From Candidatus Latescibacterota bacterium (GTDB taxonomy: Bacteria; Latescibacterota; UBA2968; GCA-2709665): a DNA stretch of 64,000 nucleotides. Position 1 is the stretch's first letter. Each line of letters starts with the position of its first letter. The notes beneath the pieces were generated by a model. It ran no database searches, had not been told where the DNA came from, and was given only the letters and a program-made list of their open reading frames with translations. A program made the position numbers and the translations under genes. Where the stretch lies: assembly GCA_965226795.1 (NCBI GenBank), contig CBDDDZ010000002.1, positions 480,001-544,000 on the forward strand. Direction: 5' to 3'. Positions 1-10,196 of this stretch are shown in pieces.

Positions 1-357
1 GGCGGCTTCGTTATTCTGCGGCAGGGAAACCAGCTTTTCCGCCACGTGCCGCGGCCCGTACATGATGTCGAGGTGTTCCCGTTTCCGGTGGGTTGTACCT
101 ACCGAGAGAACCGTGCCGGACAGGGCTTCTTCAAGCGAATTACATATGGTGGCGCCGTAGAGCACGTCTCCCGAACCGTGGGCCATTTTTCGCGCGTCGC
201 CGCAGGTATGGTCCGGCGGGTCCACAAGGTAGAGCCGGGAGAGGCCCATATTCTTCATGGCGCGCGCCACCGAGCCGATGTTGCCGGGCTCCTTGGTGCC
301 CGTCAGGACAACACGAATGCGGTTGAGCGCTTCCGGTGCAGCCGTCTGTTGACGCAT
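1..357 (-). CDS. SpoU-class RNA methyltransferase, TrmJ/LasT family (5' part; runs off window start)
   Basis: Not in ORF track. Manual translation MRQQTAAPEALNRIRVVLTGTKEPGNIGSVARAMKNMGLSRLYLVDP matches the TrmJ motif 1; AAGGAG RBS upstream. Confidence 0.85.
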   Translation of the reverse strand, partial: MRQQTAAPEALNRIRVVLTGTKEPGNIGSVARAMKNMGLSRLYLVDPPDHTCGDARKMAHGSGDVLYGATICNSLEEALSGTVLSVGTTHRKREHLDIMYGPRHVAEKLVSLPQNNEAA

Positions 358-480
358 CTGTATCTCCTTGCCTTCCCCTTTGTGCAATGCTGACGCCGAC
401 ACGGCGCAGTCTTCAAGCCGGGTTCCGGGATGCGGGGCATTGCGAGTCGTGCGTGCGCGCCGTTCAAACCGACCTATCCG

Positions 481-1695
481 CTATTGACTCAAAAAGCGTT
501 TCCACCCTTCGGGAACGACATTGGTTTCGAGCAGCATCAGCACCGCCTGCCGCTGCGCGGTCTGCAGGCTGTCCTCCCGGGCTTTCCAATAGGCGGCGCC
601 ACGTCGGGTTGCATCCGGGTGCATTGAAAACGAGCCCCGGGTGAAGAGGGAGTCGTGAAGCACGGGGTTCAGCGTATAGTCGCCAATACGCGTGGTTTGT
701 TCTGCCAATATGCCGGTCGAGGTGTTAATGCGGACGGTTTGTAGTACGGGCAGCCAATAGCGGTCGTAATAGAGCGCGTTTTCCTGGTAGGTGCGCAGTT
801 CCTTGATGCCGAGCGATTTTCTGCCTTTTTTGTTCAAGCGCAGGTCGTAGCCCACCAGCGAGAAGTCGGTTTCGGAAATCCAGATGTCCCCTTCCAGTGC
901 GGGGCGTCTTTTTTTTCTGGGTTCAATGCGAATCCTGTGCACCGCCACGTCGCCCATCTGAACCGTACTCATCAGGCGATATCGATAATCTCGCCTGGCG
1001 CCGGATTCCAACGGAAGGGGACCTACATCAAAATCGCGGCTGTTGAGGCGGCCGCTGCGGATTTTTACGATGATGCCGGGATGCATCCCGAATTGCTGCG
1101 CAGGCGCGTGACGCGACCGGTACGCCGTGATGACCTGAACGATTTCTCCCGGATTTCGATAATATCCCCGGCCGTCGTACTCGATTCGGGCAAGGACGCG
1201 GGAACCGGTATGGCTGCCGGCGTAGAGGGTTTGGGCGCCACGTATCGAAAAACGATGGGTCCTCAGGTTCACGTAGCGCGTGTGAAAGACGTTTTCCCGG
1301 GGATTGTGGCCGATGTTTGTCAGAAGATCCTTGAGGGATGGGAGTGGCAGGTCGACATGCGACTTAAGCGGAATTGGAGAGGGGGAAAGCGAAATGTCCA
1401 GTCGGCTGTCCGCAGACCCGGATACGTCAATCCTCCGCAGTGCCGTCCGATAGCCGACATATGAAACCTGGACGCGAACGGGGCCCCCGGGCAGGTCGGC
1501 AAGGGTGAATCGGCCATAAAGGTCCGTCTGGTCCCCGCGTTTGAGTTCCGGCAGGATGACCGTGGCGTACGGCAACGGCGTGCGTGTCGCGCTGTCTCTG
1601 ACAGTACCGTTCAGGGCGGCGGCGGGCGTCGGCGCCTGAAAGATGTGCAGCGCGAAAACGCCGGCGAGAATTCTAAAAGAATGCCGCGCGGACAT
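481..1695 (-). CDS. Exported protein with carboxypeptidase-regulatory-like domain (DUF5686-like)
   Basis: Signal peptide, GTVRDSAT..PLPYATV..TDLYGRFTL..VSYVGY, C-terminal beta-rich region with YWLP. Confidence 0.6.
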   Translation of the reverse strand: MSARHSFRILAGVFALHIFQAPTPAAALNGTVRDSATRTPLPYATVILPELKRGDQTDLYGRFTLADLPGGPVRVQVSYVGYRTALRRIDVSGSADSRLDISLSPSPIPLKSHVDLPLPSLKDLLTNIGHNPRENVFHTRYVNLRTHRFSIRGAQTLYAGSHTGSRVLARIEYDGRGYYRNPGEIVQVITAYRSRHAPAQQFGMHPGIIVKIRSGRLNSRDFDVGPLPLESGARRDYRYRLMSTVQMGDVAVHRIRIEPRKKRRPALEGDIWISETDFSLVGYDLRLNKKGRKSLGIKELRTYQENALYYDRYWLPVLQTVRINTSTGILAEQTTRIGDYTLNPVLHDSLFTRGSFSMHPDATRRGAAYWKAREDSLQTAQRQAVLMLLETNVVPEGWKRFLSQ

Positions 1696-2857
1696 CTGCC
1701 AGTGCCTGGATGAGTCGGGTGATATCGTCCTCGCTGTGGTCGGCCATGAGCGTGAGGCGAAGGCGGCTCTCTCCTTCGGGTACGGTTGGCGGCCGGATGC
1801 CGCTCAGGTAGATCCCCTCCTTAAAGAGATGGTCCGAAATCGCCATGGTGCGCGCGGCGTCGCCGATGAGGATCGGAACAATCTGGGATTGGGAGCCCAT
1901 AAGATCGAACCCAAGGCCGCGCAGGGCCTCTTGAACGGAGTGAACGTTCCGCCAAAGGCTTTTTCGCAAGTCCGAACGGGATTCGATGAGTCGCAAGGCG
2001 GCTGTGGCGGCCCCGCAGGCGTCGGGTGGCAGGGCCGAGGTGAATATAAACGCCGGTGCCCGATTGATCAGCAGGTCGATGAGTTCCGTTGTTCCGGCGA
2101 CGAACCCGCCACAGGCGCCCATTGCCTTGCTGCCTGAGGTTGTCAGAATGTCGATGCCCTGCGTAATGCCGAAGTGTTCGTGGATTCCCCGGCCGGAAGC
2201 CCCAAGGACCCCGGTCCCGTGCGCATCGTCGACCATAAGTATGGCATTGTGACGATTCGCGGCGTCCACTAGTTCGGGCAGGGGGGCAAGGTCGCCGTCC
2301 ATGCTGAACAGCCCGTCGGTGACGATCAGGCGGCGCCGGAATTCGAGTTGGGTCTTGAGCAGGCTTTCCAGATGGTCGACGTCCCGGTGGCGATAAACAA
2401 AGGTCTTCGCGTGTGAGAGCCGGCAGGCGTCGATGATGCTGCGATGGTTCAGACGGTCGCTGAAAACCGCGTCATCCGGGCCGACAAGCGCACTTACTGC
2501 GCCCAGGTTCGCCATGTAGCCGGTGGGAAAACAGAGGGCCGATTCGGCTCCCAGGAAGCCGGCCATCCGGTGTTCCAGCGTCCGATGCGGTTCCATGTTG
2601 CCGGAAATCAGCCGGGAGGCCGCCGCGCTGAGCCCGTACGCGCGCAGTGCATCGTCCGCACCTTCCGTAAGAATGGGGTGGTTTGCAAGACCGAGGTAGT
2701 TATTGGAACAGAAAAGGAGACGCTCTTTACCGTCGATGCGGACCCTGGGACCCTGCGCGCCTTCCACCAGACGGAGGCTGCGGTACAGCCCGCGGGCTTT
2801 CAGATTGTCCAGCTCCGTGGCGAGATGGGGAAGCACTGGAAGTATACCGTGACGCAA
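1673..2857 (-). CDS. bioF: 8-amino-7-oxononanoate synthase
   Basis: FCSNNYLGL, DGLFSMDGD, VDDAHGTG, SKAMG PLP lysine, IRPPTVP. Confidence 0.92.
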   Translation of the reverse strand: MRHGILPVLPHLATELDNLKARGLYRSLRLVEGAQGPRVRIDGKERLLFCSNNYLGLANHPILTEGADDALRAYGLSAAASRLISGNMEPHRTLEHRMAGFLGAESALCFPTGYMANLGAVSALVGPDDAVFSDRLNHRSIIDACRLSHAKTFVYRHRDVDHLESLLKTQLEFRRRLIVTDGLFSMDGDLAPLPELVDAANRHNAILMVDDAHGTGVLGASGRGIHEHFGITQGIDILTTSGSKAMGACGGFVAGTTELIDLLINRAPAFIFTSALPPDACGAATAALRLIESRSDLRKSLWRNVHSVQEALRGLGFDLMGSQSQIVPILIGDAARTMAISDHLFKEGIYLSGIRPPTVPEGESRLRLTLMADHSEDDITRLIQALADVRAAFF

Positions 2858-2941
2858 CGAGGTTGAGGTGAGGCGAAATGTGGACGGAAATTATGGAATT
2901 TCCCATGGCTTGTCAAGCGGTTGAGGGGGAATGGTACGGGT

Positions 2942-2969
2942 TTGACAATAGGGTCCATTCGTTTATATT
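2942..2969 (+). promoter_or_regulatory. Putative sigma70 promoter for lnt-tatC
   Basis: TTGACA-N16-TATATT in the divergent intergenic region. Confidence 0.5.
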
Positions 2970-3114
2970 CTAAGCGGGTTTTTGGGGTGGGTATCAACCG
3001 TACCGGTTGGCGGGACTCACTGCTTGCGGCCAACCGGTTTTTCTGTCCCGAAACCCGAACCGTGAAAACGCGGCCCGTGAAGTACCGGCAGAAGGGTTCG
3101 GAGGAACCGGAGTT

Positions 3115-5436
3115 ATGACGGAGGCACGGCAGGGCGCAGACTGGAAATGGATGGTGCTGTTTCCGGCGGTTTCGGGCCTTGTCCTGGGCGCGGCATTCCC
3201 ACCCCTGCCCATGGGTTTCCTGTCTTACGTGGCGCTTATCCCGCTGCTGATTTCGGCGGAACGGCTGTGCGGCCGTGCGGCCTTTGGCGCCGGTTTCGTT
3301 CAGGGGATATTTTTCTACGGAGCGACACTTTACTGGATCGGTTGGATCACGCCCCCCGGCATGGCCGGGGCGGTTTTTTACATGTCCCTGTTCCGTGGGC
3401 TGTTTTTGTGGACGTTCGCCCGCGTCGTGCGGCGGTACGGCGCCACGGGCATGTGGAGCGCGCCCTTTCTGTGGGTTGGGTTCGAGTATTTCAATTCTCT
3501 GGGAGACATGGGGTTTCCATGGGTGGTGCTTGGTAATTCGCAGACGGCCTATCTGTGGCTGATCCAGTATGCTGAAGTGACGGGGGTATATGGGGTTTCG
3601 TTCTGGATTGTAGTGGTCAATCTGAGCGTACTGATGCTGTGGAGGAACGGAGCGCGGCGCTGGGCTTGGGCTGCCGCGGTGGCGGCGCTTTTTGCGGGAC
3701 CGGCGGCGAACGGGTATCTGGCGCTGAAGAATGATTCTGATCAGCAGGCCGTGCCGGTGGGTGTAGTCCAACCGGATATGCCTCCGGTGGCCAAGGAATA
3801 CAGGGGATTCGATTACAATTTCGGCAAACTGAAGCCGATGACAGTGGAAGCCGCGGGGCAGGGGGCGAAGCTTGTGGTGTGGCCCGAGACGGCGGTCGGC
3901 TATATGAAAGGGGAACTGTACCGGCACCATCGAGAGCAGGTGCAGGCGATGGTGGACTCGCTGGGCATCTACCTTCATACGGGCGCGTACCGACTGGTGA
4001 CTGGCGACCCGGTAAAGGTGTACAACTCCTCGTTTCTGTTCGTGCCCCAAAAGGGGATCACGGGATACTACGATAAAACTCGCCTGGTGCCGTTCGGCGA
4101 ACGGGCGCCGTTCCCGGATTTGCTGCCCTTTCTGAGGAAAACCCGGTTCACCGGCGGCGGGTACGTGGGGGGCAACTGGGATTCCGGAGAGACGCGGACG
4201 GTTTTCAATGGCCCCGAGGCCCGGTTCTCCGCGCTAATCTGTTACGACTCGGTTTTTCCGGGATTTGTCCGGTCCTTTGTGGACCGGGGCGCGGAGTTTC
4301 TGGTCGTTATTACCAACGATGGCTGGTTCGGTCGCACTTCCGGACCCTATCAGCATGCCGAGGCGGCTGTGTTTCGCGCCATCGAGAACCGGCGGGACGT
4401 GGTGCGCTGCGCGAATACAGGTGTGTCCACGTTTATCGACGCCTTTGGACGGAAGTCGGGGACAACGGGAATTTTCCATCCGGCCGTGTTGACTCACGGC
4501 GTGGTGCCACGAAGCGCAAAGACGTTTTATACGAGGTACGGAGACCTGTTCGCGCAGCTCTGCCTGGTTCTGGGCGCGCTTCTGGTGGTGATGGCCATCC
4601 GCCGGCACACGATGGATGCAACGCCGTCGATTCTGCCCCCGGACGCCGAAACTCCCGGCCGACGCACCCCCGAACCGTCCGAGCGTGGGGACGACAAGGC
4701 GATGCCCTTTCTGGATCATCTGGAGGAACTGCGATGGCGCATATTAAAAGGGTTGGCGGCCCTCGTGTTCGGCGCCGTGATCTGCGGGATATTTTCGGAC
4801 AGCATCCTCGGTTGGCTTGTGTTGCCGGTTCGCGACGTGACCCCCGTAATGGAGTGGTTGGGCGTGGCGCCGGTTGAACCGCCCGTCAAGCTTATATATT
4901 TGAAACCGATGGGGATGTTTCTCGTCAAATTTCAAATTTCCCTGGTGGGCGGCGCGATCCTGGCGTTGCCGTTTCTCCTGTATCAATTGTGGATCTTCGT
5001 TGCTCCGGGTTTATTGAAATCGGAGCGGCGGTACGTATCTTTTATTGTTTTTTCGTCGACGGTCTGTTTTGTTCTGGGCGGCGCCATTGCCTACGTGAGC
5101 GTGGTGCCGCTGTCGTTTCGATTCCTGATTCTGATCGGCGAGGGGACCGGCGTCGACCCCCAGTTCGATATCGGCTACTACATCGGCTTTGTGCTGAGAC
5201 TGCTGGTGGCCTTCGGTGTTGTCTTCGAACTGCCGGTAGCGGCGTTTTTCCTGAGCCGGATCGGCCTGTTGACCGCGGATCGAATGCGGCGCGGCCGGCG
5301 GTATGCGGTAGTGATCGGCTTTATTCTGGCTGCCCTGCTCACGCCTCCGGACCCGATCTCCCAACTCCTGATGGCGCTGCCGCTGGTGCTGCTTTACGAA
5401 TTCAGCATCTGGGTGGCCCGGGTCGCCGGCAGATAA
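3115..5436 (+). CDS. lnt-tatC: Fusion of apolipoprotein N-acyltransferase (Lnt) and twin-arginine translocase TatC
   Basis: Lnt triad VVWPET / YDKTRLVPFGE / ICYDS, TNDGWFG; TatC from 4702: MPFLDHLEELRWR, YQLWIFVAPGL, FELP, TPPDPISQ; no stop between; ATG 3115 with GGAG upstream. Confidence 0.9.
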   Translation: MTEARQGADWKWMVLFPAVSGLVLGAAFPPLPMGFLSYVALIPLLISAERLCGRAAFGAGFVQGIFFYGATLYWIGWITPPGMAGAVFYMSLFRGLFLWTFARVVRRYGATGMWSAPFLWVGFEYFNSLGDMGFPWVVLGNSQTAYLWLIQYAEVTGVYGVSFWIVVVNLSVLMLWRNGARRWAWAAAVAALFAGPAANGYLALKNDSDQQAVPVGVVQPDMPPVAKEYRGFDYNFGKLKPMTVEAAGQGAKLVVWPETAVGYMKGELYRHHREQVQAMVDSLGIYLHTGAYRLVTGDPVKVYNSSFLFVPQKGITGYYDKTRLVPFGERAPFPDLLPFLRKTRFTGGGYVGGNWDSGETRTVFNGPEARFSALICYDSVFPGFVRSFVDRGAEFLVVITNDGWFGRTSGPYQHAEAAVFRAIENRRDVVRCANTGVSTFIDAFGRKSGTTGIFHPAVLTHGVVPRSAKTFYTRYGDLFAQLCLVLGALLVVMAIRRHTMDATPSILPPDAETPGRRTPEPSERGDDKAMPFLDHLEELRWRILKGLAALVFGAVICGIFSDSILGWLVLPVRDVTPVMEWLGVAPVEPPVKLIYLKPMGMFLVKFQISLVGGAILALPFLLYQLWIFVAPGLLKSERRYVSFIVFSSTVCFVLGGAIAYVSVVPLSFRFLILIGEGTGVDPQFDIGYYIGFVLRLLVAFGVVFELPVAAFFLSRIGLLTADRMRRGRRYAVVIGFILAALLTPPDPISQLLMALPLVLLYEFSIWVARVAGR

Positions 5437-5524
5437 GCCGGGCATTCGGCCGCGGACGTCCGATACGCGACCGCGCGGGAACACTTTGCAGCGGCTGTAT
5501 AAATTGACAAGGGATTGTTTTTTT

Positions 5525-6502
5525 ATGAGTATACCGGTTGCGGTCGGCATTCTGGCGGTGTGTTTCGTGGTTCTTGCCAAGTGCGCTTCGTGGTTTGTGG
5601 ACGGAGCGGTGGGGATTGCCGAATATCTGAATGTTCCGAAGATGCTCATCGGCATCGTGCTGGTGAGCCTGGCGACGACCTCACCCGAACTGGCCGTGTC
5701 CGTTCTGTCCGCACTCGAGGGGCATCCGGAGATGGCGCTGGGCAATGCCGTCGGTTCCGTGATTGTGGACGACGGCGTTGCGCTGCCGCTGGGCGTCCTC
5801 GTGGCAGGGACGCCGATTCTCATCAATCCATATTTGTTACGGACGACCGGGATATTTCTGATCGTCGTGGATTTGGCCGCGTACGCGATGGCGTTTGACG
5901 GGCGCCTGGGGCGCGCCGAGGGAGGGGTACTGCTACTGCTGTTCGTGGCGTACACGGTTTTTGCATATGTGACGCGTCGTCGATCTTCCGAGGCAGAGGG
6001 GAACCGGCTGGAGGAACTGCAGGAGATCGAGGCGTCAATTGAGGGACGCGGTCTGGGGATGCTGCTGCTCTGGTTTTGCGTGGGGCTGGTCGGCGTGATG
6101 ATATCCAGTCATTTTATCGTGGGATCCGCGGTGGCCATCGCCTCGGAGCTGGGCGTCAGCGAAGCGGTAGTTGCGCTTACGGTTATTGCTATTGGCACGT
6201 CGTTGCCGGAGATCGCCACCGGCGTGACGGCAGCGCGGGGGGGACATGGGGAGATCGTGGTAGGCAATATTCTGGGCGCGGATATCCTGAATATCTGCTG
6301 GATCGCAGGGGCATCCGCAGTGGTGAATCCGCTCGTGGTGGCGCCCAAAGTGATCCATTTTTCGTTTCCCGCCATGCTGGCGATTGTATTGGCGATGCTC
6401 GTCATGATGCGCACAGGCCACCGCCTGACCCGAATCGAAGGTTTCGTGCTGCTGGCGGTATACGGGGTGTATTTGACTTTAACGGGGATATTGTTCTTTT
6501 AG
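5525..6502 (+). CDS. Ca2+/Na+ antiporter (YrbG/CaCA family)
   Basis: Two alpha repeats: ATTSPEL..ALGNAVGS and GTSLPE..GNILGADILN. Confidence 0.88.
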   Translation: MSIPVAVGILAVCFVVLAKCASWFVDGAVGIAEYLNVPKMLIGIVLVSLATTSPELAVSVLSALEGHPEMALGNAVGSVIVDDGVALPLGVLVAGTPILINPYLLRTTGIFLIVVDLAAYAMAFDGRLGRAEGGVLLLLFVAYTVFAYVTRRRSSEAEGNRLEELQEIEASIEGRGLGMLLLWFCVGLVGVMISSHFIVGSAVAIASELGVSEAVVALTVIAIGTSLPEIATGVTAARGGHGEIVVGNILGADILNICWIAGASAVVNPLVVAPKVIHFSFPAMLAIVLAMLVMMRTGHRLTRIEGFVLLAVYGVYLTLTGILFF

Positions 6503-6511
6503 GGGATCATT

Positions 6512-7546
6512 ATGGCCGGGATTTTTGTGACCGGTGGCGCGGGGTTTATCGGTTCGAACTTTGTTCGGTACTGGTTGTCCAAATATCCGGATGACAGAGT
6601 TGTAAACTACGATTTGCTCACGTACGCCGGAAATCTCGATAACCTTTCCGACGTGGTGGAAACATATCCCGGCAGGTACGAGTTCGTCCACGGCGATATC
6701 GGCAACTATGAGTTGACTCGAGATCTTTTCGAGCGGCACAGGCCGGATTATATCGTGAATTTCGCCGCCGAGTCCCACAACAGCCGTGCGGTCGTGAATC
6801 CGGACGTTTTCTACGAGACGAACGTGCTGGGGACACAGCGCTTGCTCCGGGCGGCTTACGACGCCAGAGCGCCCCGGGTTCACCATATTTCAACGTGTGA
6901 GGTCTACGGGGACCTGCCCCTCGATTCGGAGGCAAGCTTTTCGGAGACCGACCCTTATCTGCCGCGTACGCCTTACAACGCATCCAAAGCGGCGGCGGAT
7001 CTGGCGGTCCGGGCGTACCATCATACCTTCGGGCTGCCGGTCACGATTTCCAATTGTGCGAACAACTACGGGCCCTACCAGTTCCCCGAAAAGGTGGTTC
7101 CTCTCTTTGTCACTCAGGTTCTGAACAGGAAGAAGATGACGCTCTACAGGAGCAGCCGGAACAAACGGGAGTGGCTCCATGTGGTGGACCATTGCAGGGC
7201 CATCGACCTGATCCTGAAACGAGGCAGGGTCGGAGAGACGTACAATATCGGCAGCGGTTTTGAGGTGGACGTCGAGACGATTGCAGACACGATTCTGGAT
7301 GTACTCGGGCTGGAGGGATCATCCAAGGTATACGTTCCGGACCGACCCGGACACGATCGCAGGTACCTTCTGGATTCGAGCAAGTTACGCACCCAACTCG
7401 GATGGCGCCCCGAAGTTTCTTTTGAAGATGGGTTCAAAGAAACAATACTCTGGTACACTGACAATCGTGCCTGGTGGGAACCCCTGCTGAAGCGCCTCGA
7501 CGTGGACGAAGAAGGCTGGACGCAGGTGTCGTCCCGGCACTCCTGA
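6512..7546 (+). CDS. rfbB: dTDP-glucose 4,6-dehydratase
   Basis: TGGAGFIGSN, LTYAGN, AAESH, YNASKA, NNYGPYQFPEK, DRPGHDRRY. Confidence 0.93.
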   Translation: MAGIFVTGGAGFIGSNFVRYWLSKYPDDRVVNYDLLTYAGNLDNLSDVVETYPGRYEFVHGDIGNYELTRDLFERHRPDYIVNFAAESHNSRAVVNPDVFYETNVLGTQRLLRAAYDARAPRVHHISTCEVYGDLPLDSEASFSETDPYLPRTPYNASKAAADLAVRAYHHTFGLPVTISNCANNYGPYQFPEKVVPLFVTQVLNRKKMTLYRSSRNKREWLHVVDHCRAIDLILKRGRVGETYNIGSGFEVDVETIADTILDVLGLEGSSKVYVPDRPGHDRRYLLDSSKLRTQLGWRPEVSFEDGFKETILWYTDNRAWWEPLLKRLDVDEEGWTQVSSRHS

Positions 7547-7585
7547 TCTGAAATACGCGTCGATTTCTCCGGGAAAGGAAGTTGG

Positions 7586-8158
7586 ATGCCATTCCGGTTT
7601 CAAAGGATGGGAATTCCCGAACTCATTCTGGTCGAACCCCGGGTTTTCGAAGACAACCGCGGCTTTCTGATGGAATCCTATAAGAGGTCTGATTTTGAGG
7701 CGAACGGGATTTCCGCCGAGTTCGTGCAGGATATCCACTCCCATTCGGTCCGGCGCGTTCTGCGGGGGTTGCACTACCAGCTGAACCCCAGGGCACAGGG
7801 CAAGCTGGTCCGTGTCGTGAAGGGCGAGGTGTTTGACGTGGCCGTGGATATCCGCAGGAACGCACCCACCTTCGGACGGTGGGAAGCGGTTGTGTTGTCG
7901 GGCGCCAACTTCAGGATGTTCTACGTCCCCGAGGGTTTTGCGCACGGGTTCTGTGTGTTGAGCGACGAGGCCGAGTTCGTGTACAAGGTGACCGCGGAGT
8001 TCGCACCGGATCTCGACCGGGGCATTGTTTGGGACGATCCGGCCATCGCCATCGATTGGCCGGTTTCCAATCCAATACTCTCAAGGAAGGACCTGGAACT
8101 CCCCCCGCTGGCCGACGCCGAGAGGAATTTCATCTACGACCCTGGAGCGGGTGTCTGA
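7586..8158 (+). CDS. rfbC: dTDP-4-dehydrorhamnose 3,5-epimerase
   Basis: DNRGF, LRGLHYQ, QGKLVRV, DVAVDIR, GFAHGF. Confidence 0.93.
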   Translation: MPFRFQRMGIPELILVEPRVFEDNRGFLMESYKRSDFEANGISAEFVQDIHSHSVRRVLRGLHYQLNPRAQGKLVRVVKGEVFDVAVDIRRNAPTFGRWEAVVLSGANFRMFYVPEGFAHGFCVLSDEAEFVYKVTAEFAPDLDRGIVWDDPAIAIDWPVSNPILSRKDLELPPLADAERNFIYDPGAGV

Positions 8159-8159
8159 G

Positions 8160-8444
8160 AACGAAGGGGACGCGACACCCCTGGCGTGGGCGGACATTCT
8201 CAACATGGAGAATTATCTGGATGTTTCTGAGGCGATTGTGAACGGCGCCCTGGTGCGAAAAGAGAGCCGGGGATCGCACTACCGCTCGGATTTTCCGGAG
8301 AGAGACGATCGTGCCTATCTCTGCGATTTCGTTGTTACAAAGGACAGGCCGACGCCCGTAAGCCGTGAGGTTGTGTTGACTCGTATGAAACCGGACTTAG
8401 ATAGGTCATTAACGACGCACGAAATTGCTAGAAGGAAAACGTGA
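8160..8444 (+). pseudogene. C-terminal remnant of an SdhA/FrdA/NadB-family flavoprotein
   Basis: ALVRKESRGSHYRSDFPERDD motif; FAD-binding N-terminus absent. Confidence 0.75.
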
Positions 8445-8784
8445 CGACAGGGTGCCGTTTGCGGACGAACCGAAAAGAGTTTTCGTTCACGGGGCCGTAC
8501 AAATTTGGAAACGACGCAATTAGAATGGAATGTTTCGAGTAAACCGAGGGGATTATCTCAGGTATCGATGTTTGGAACAGCGTCTTACCTTGAGAGTTAT
8601 ATTACGCTAAGGATCGCATGGGCAGTTTTCTCGTAAATCCTCCAAAACGCTGTGGAATCCTACGACTATGTTGATTCAGTCGCCAATAATCAGAAATCAA
8701 TCGTACCCTTGAAGAGTTATTTCATTAAATTTCCCCCAATACCGTGTCTTGCGAAAATGTACATCTACAATAAGGGAAGAGGTT

Positions 8785-9270
8785 CTAACTTATTCGATCT
8801 GCACTGAATTTAATGCGACGTAACCGCATCGTAAGAACGGTATGCCTAACTACGCTCACCTCAGATTCAATTGAAGCCAGCAGTCCTGTAATCATCTCTA
8901 GTAACTCGCCGATGAGACGAACTTCGACCTCCAAATCTCTTTTTGCCTGATTTCGAATCCTGATTCGAGAAATAGTGTAGCCCAAACCAAACATAATTAC
9001 TACTGTGAGTCCGAAAACACTGACTGTTAAACCAATGGTCGACATTTCGATATTCGCCTTTATGTATAGCAACGCGCCACCCAATATGGTCAAATAGGTA
9101 GCGGAAAAAACTGCCAGATACTGACCTCGAGAGGAGACGATAGATTGCTCAAGAGTTTCGATTCGTGCCGAAATCTCTTCTGCAAGGTCAATGAGTTCTT
9201 CTACTTCACGAAGCCTAGCTGCGGGATCAAATTTGTGTCCTTGTTGGTGTCTGCCGCTTGTGTTCATCAC
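8785..9270 (-). CDS. Hypothetical two-TM protein with flanking helical/coiled-coil segments
   Basis: Two hydrophobic stretches; start overlaps the GTPase stop codon. Confidence 0.7.
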   Translation of the reverse strand: MMNTSGRHQQGHKFDPAARLREVEELIDLAEEISARIETLEQSIVSSRGQYLAVFSATYLTILGGALLYIKANIEMSTIGLTVSVFGLTVVIMFGLGYTISRIRIRNQAKRDLEVEVRLIGELLEMITGLLASIESEVSVVRHTVLTMRLRRIKFSADRIS

Positions 9271-10196
9271 TTCCTCTTACCATAGCATAAACTAGCTAAG
9301 TTGCACAACATGTGCTTTAACAAGGCACGAGCGGATTCATCGCCTCCGATTTCTGTATTATGCATTCTGCCATTCCACTCGAAGTTTTCCTGCCAAGAAC
9401 ACACGGGCGCCGCTGAAACTTTGAAATTCCCGCGGCCCACTTTATCAAGCATCTTGTTAAGTATGTCTGTGAATGGGCTCTCTAGCCTTGGATGGTAGTA
9501 GCGTTGTACTTCGTTGATTTCATTTACGAAGAGGTCTGCTTTATTTACAGCAATGAACATCCAATTTGGTCGTCTACAACGAGTATATGACTCCTGAATT
9601 CGGTCGCAGATTTTGGCGAAATCTTCGCGTTCCTGATTTAAATTGAACTCACGCAAATCCTTGATTGTGCTGAGTCCGTTTTTAGTTATATACTCTTCGC
9701 GAACAACCTGATCCCTTTCTCTGGTAAATCCCCAATCTACTACATAAACTACACCCTCAAGTTTATGATGAGAGCTAAATGCTTCATGTATCCCCAGATC
9801 CCGTTCCTGGATAGTGTCGCCGGGGACAATTCTGACGATTCGCGTCCATCTGCCAACTCGTAGGAGATGGCTCTCAACGTCACGGGAACGTTCGGGTTGC
9901 TCCCAAGCCCAGTCTTTATCCGCTAGCTTTATCCTTTCTACAAGAATTGACTTCCCAACACCTGATCGCCCGGTCACAACGATATTGGTTTTTCCTGAGC
10001 CGACATGATACATTAGCCAGAGCCACCCATAATGAAGCAGATGACGATGTTTGTACGCAGTCCACGGTAGTTTAATAAACCTCGGGATTAGATCGCTCCA
10101 CGCCTCATTGGCCTCGTGTAGGGCGGTTTTAGTGTCCTTCAACAACGGTCTTCCCTCACTGTGTGTCCCGCAGTTCTTGAGAGAGCCCAAATGCAT
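9267..10196 (-). CDS. Small P-loop (TRAFAC-like) GTPase; alternative TTG start at 10142
   Basis: G1 GRSGVGKS, degenerate G3 (IVPGD), GVVYVVD strand, G4 VNKAD. Confidence 0.75.
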   Translation of the reverse strand: MHLGSLKNCGTHSEGRPLLKDTKTALHEANEAWSDLIPRFIKLPWTAYKHRHLLHYGWLWLMYHVGSGKTNIVVTGRSGVGKSILVERIKLADKDWAWEQPERSRDVESHLLRVGRWTRIVRIVPGDTIQERDLGIHEAFSSHHKLEGVVYVVDWGFTRERDQVVREEYITKNGLSTIKDLREFNLNQEREDFAKICDRIQESYTRCRRPNWMFIAVNKADLFVNEINEVQRYYHPRLESPFTDILNKMLDKVGRGNFKVSAAPVCSWQENFEWNGRMHNTEIGGDESARALLKHMLCNLASLCYGKRK

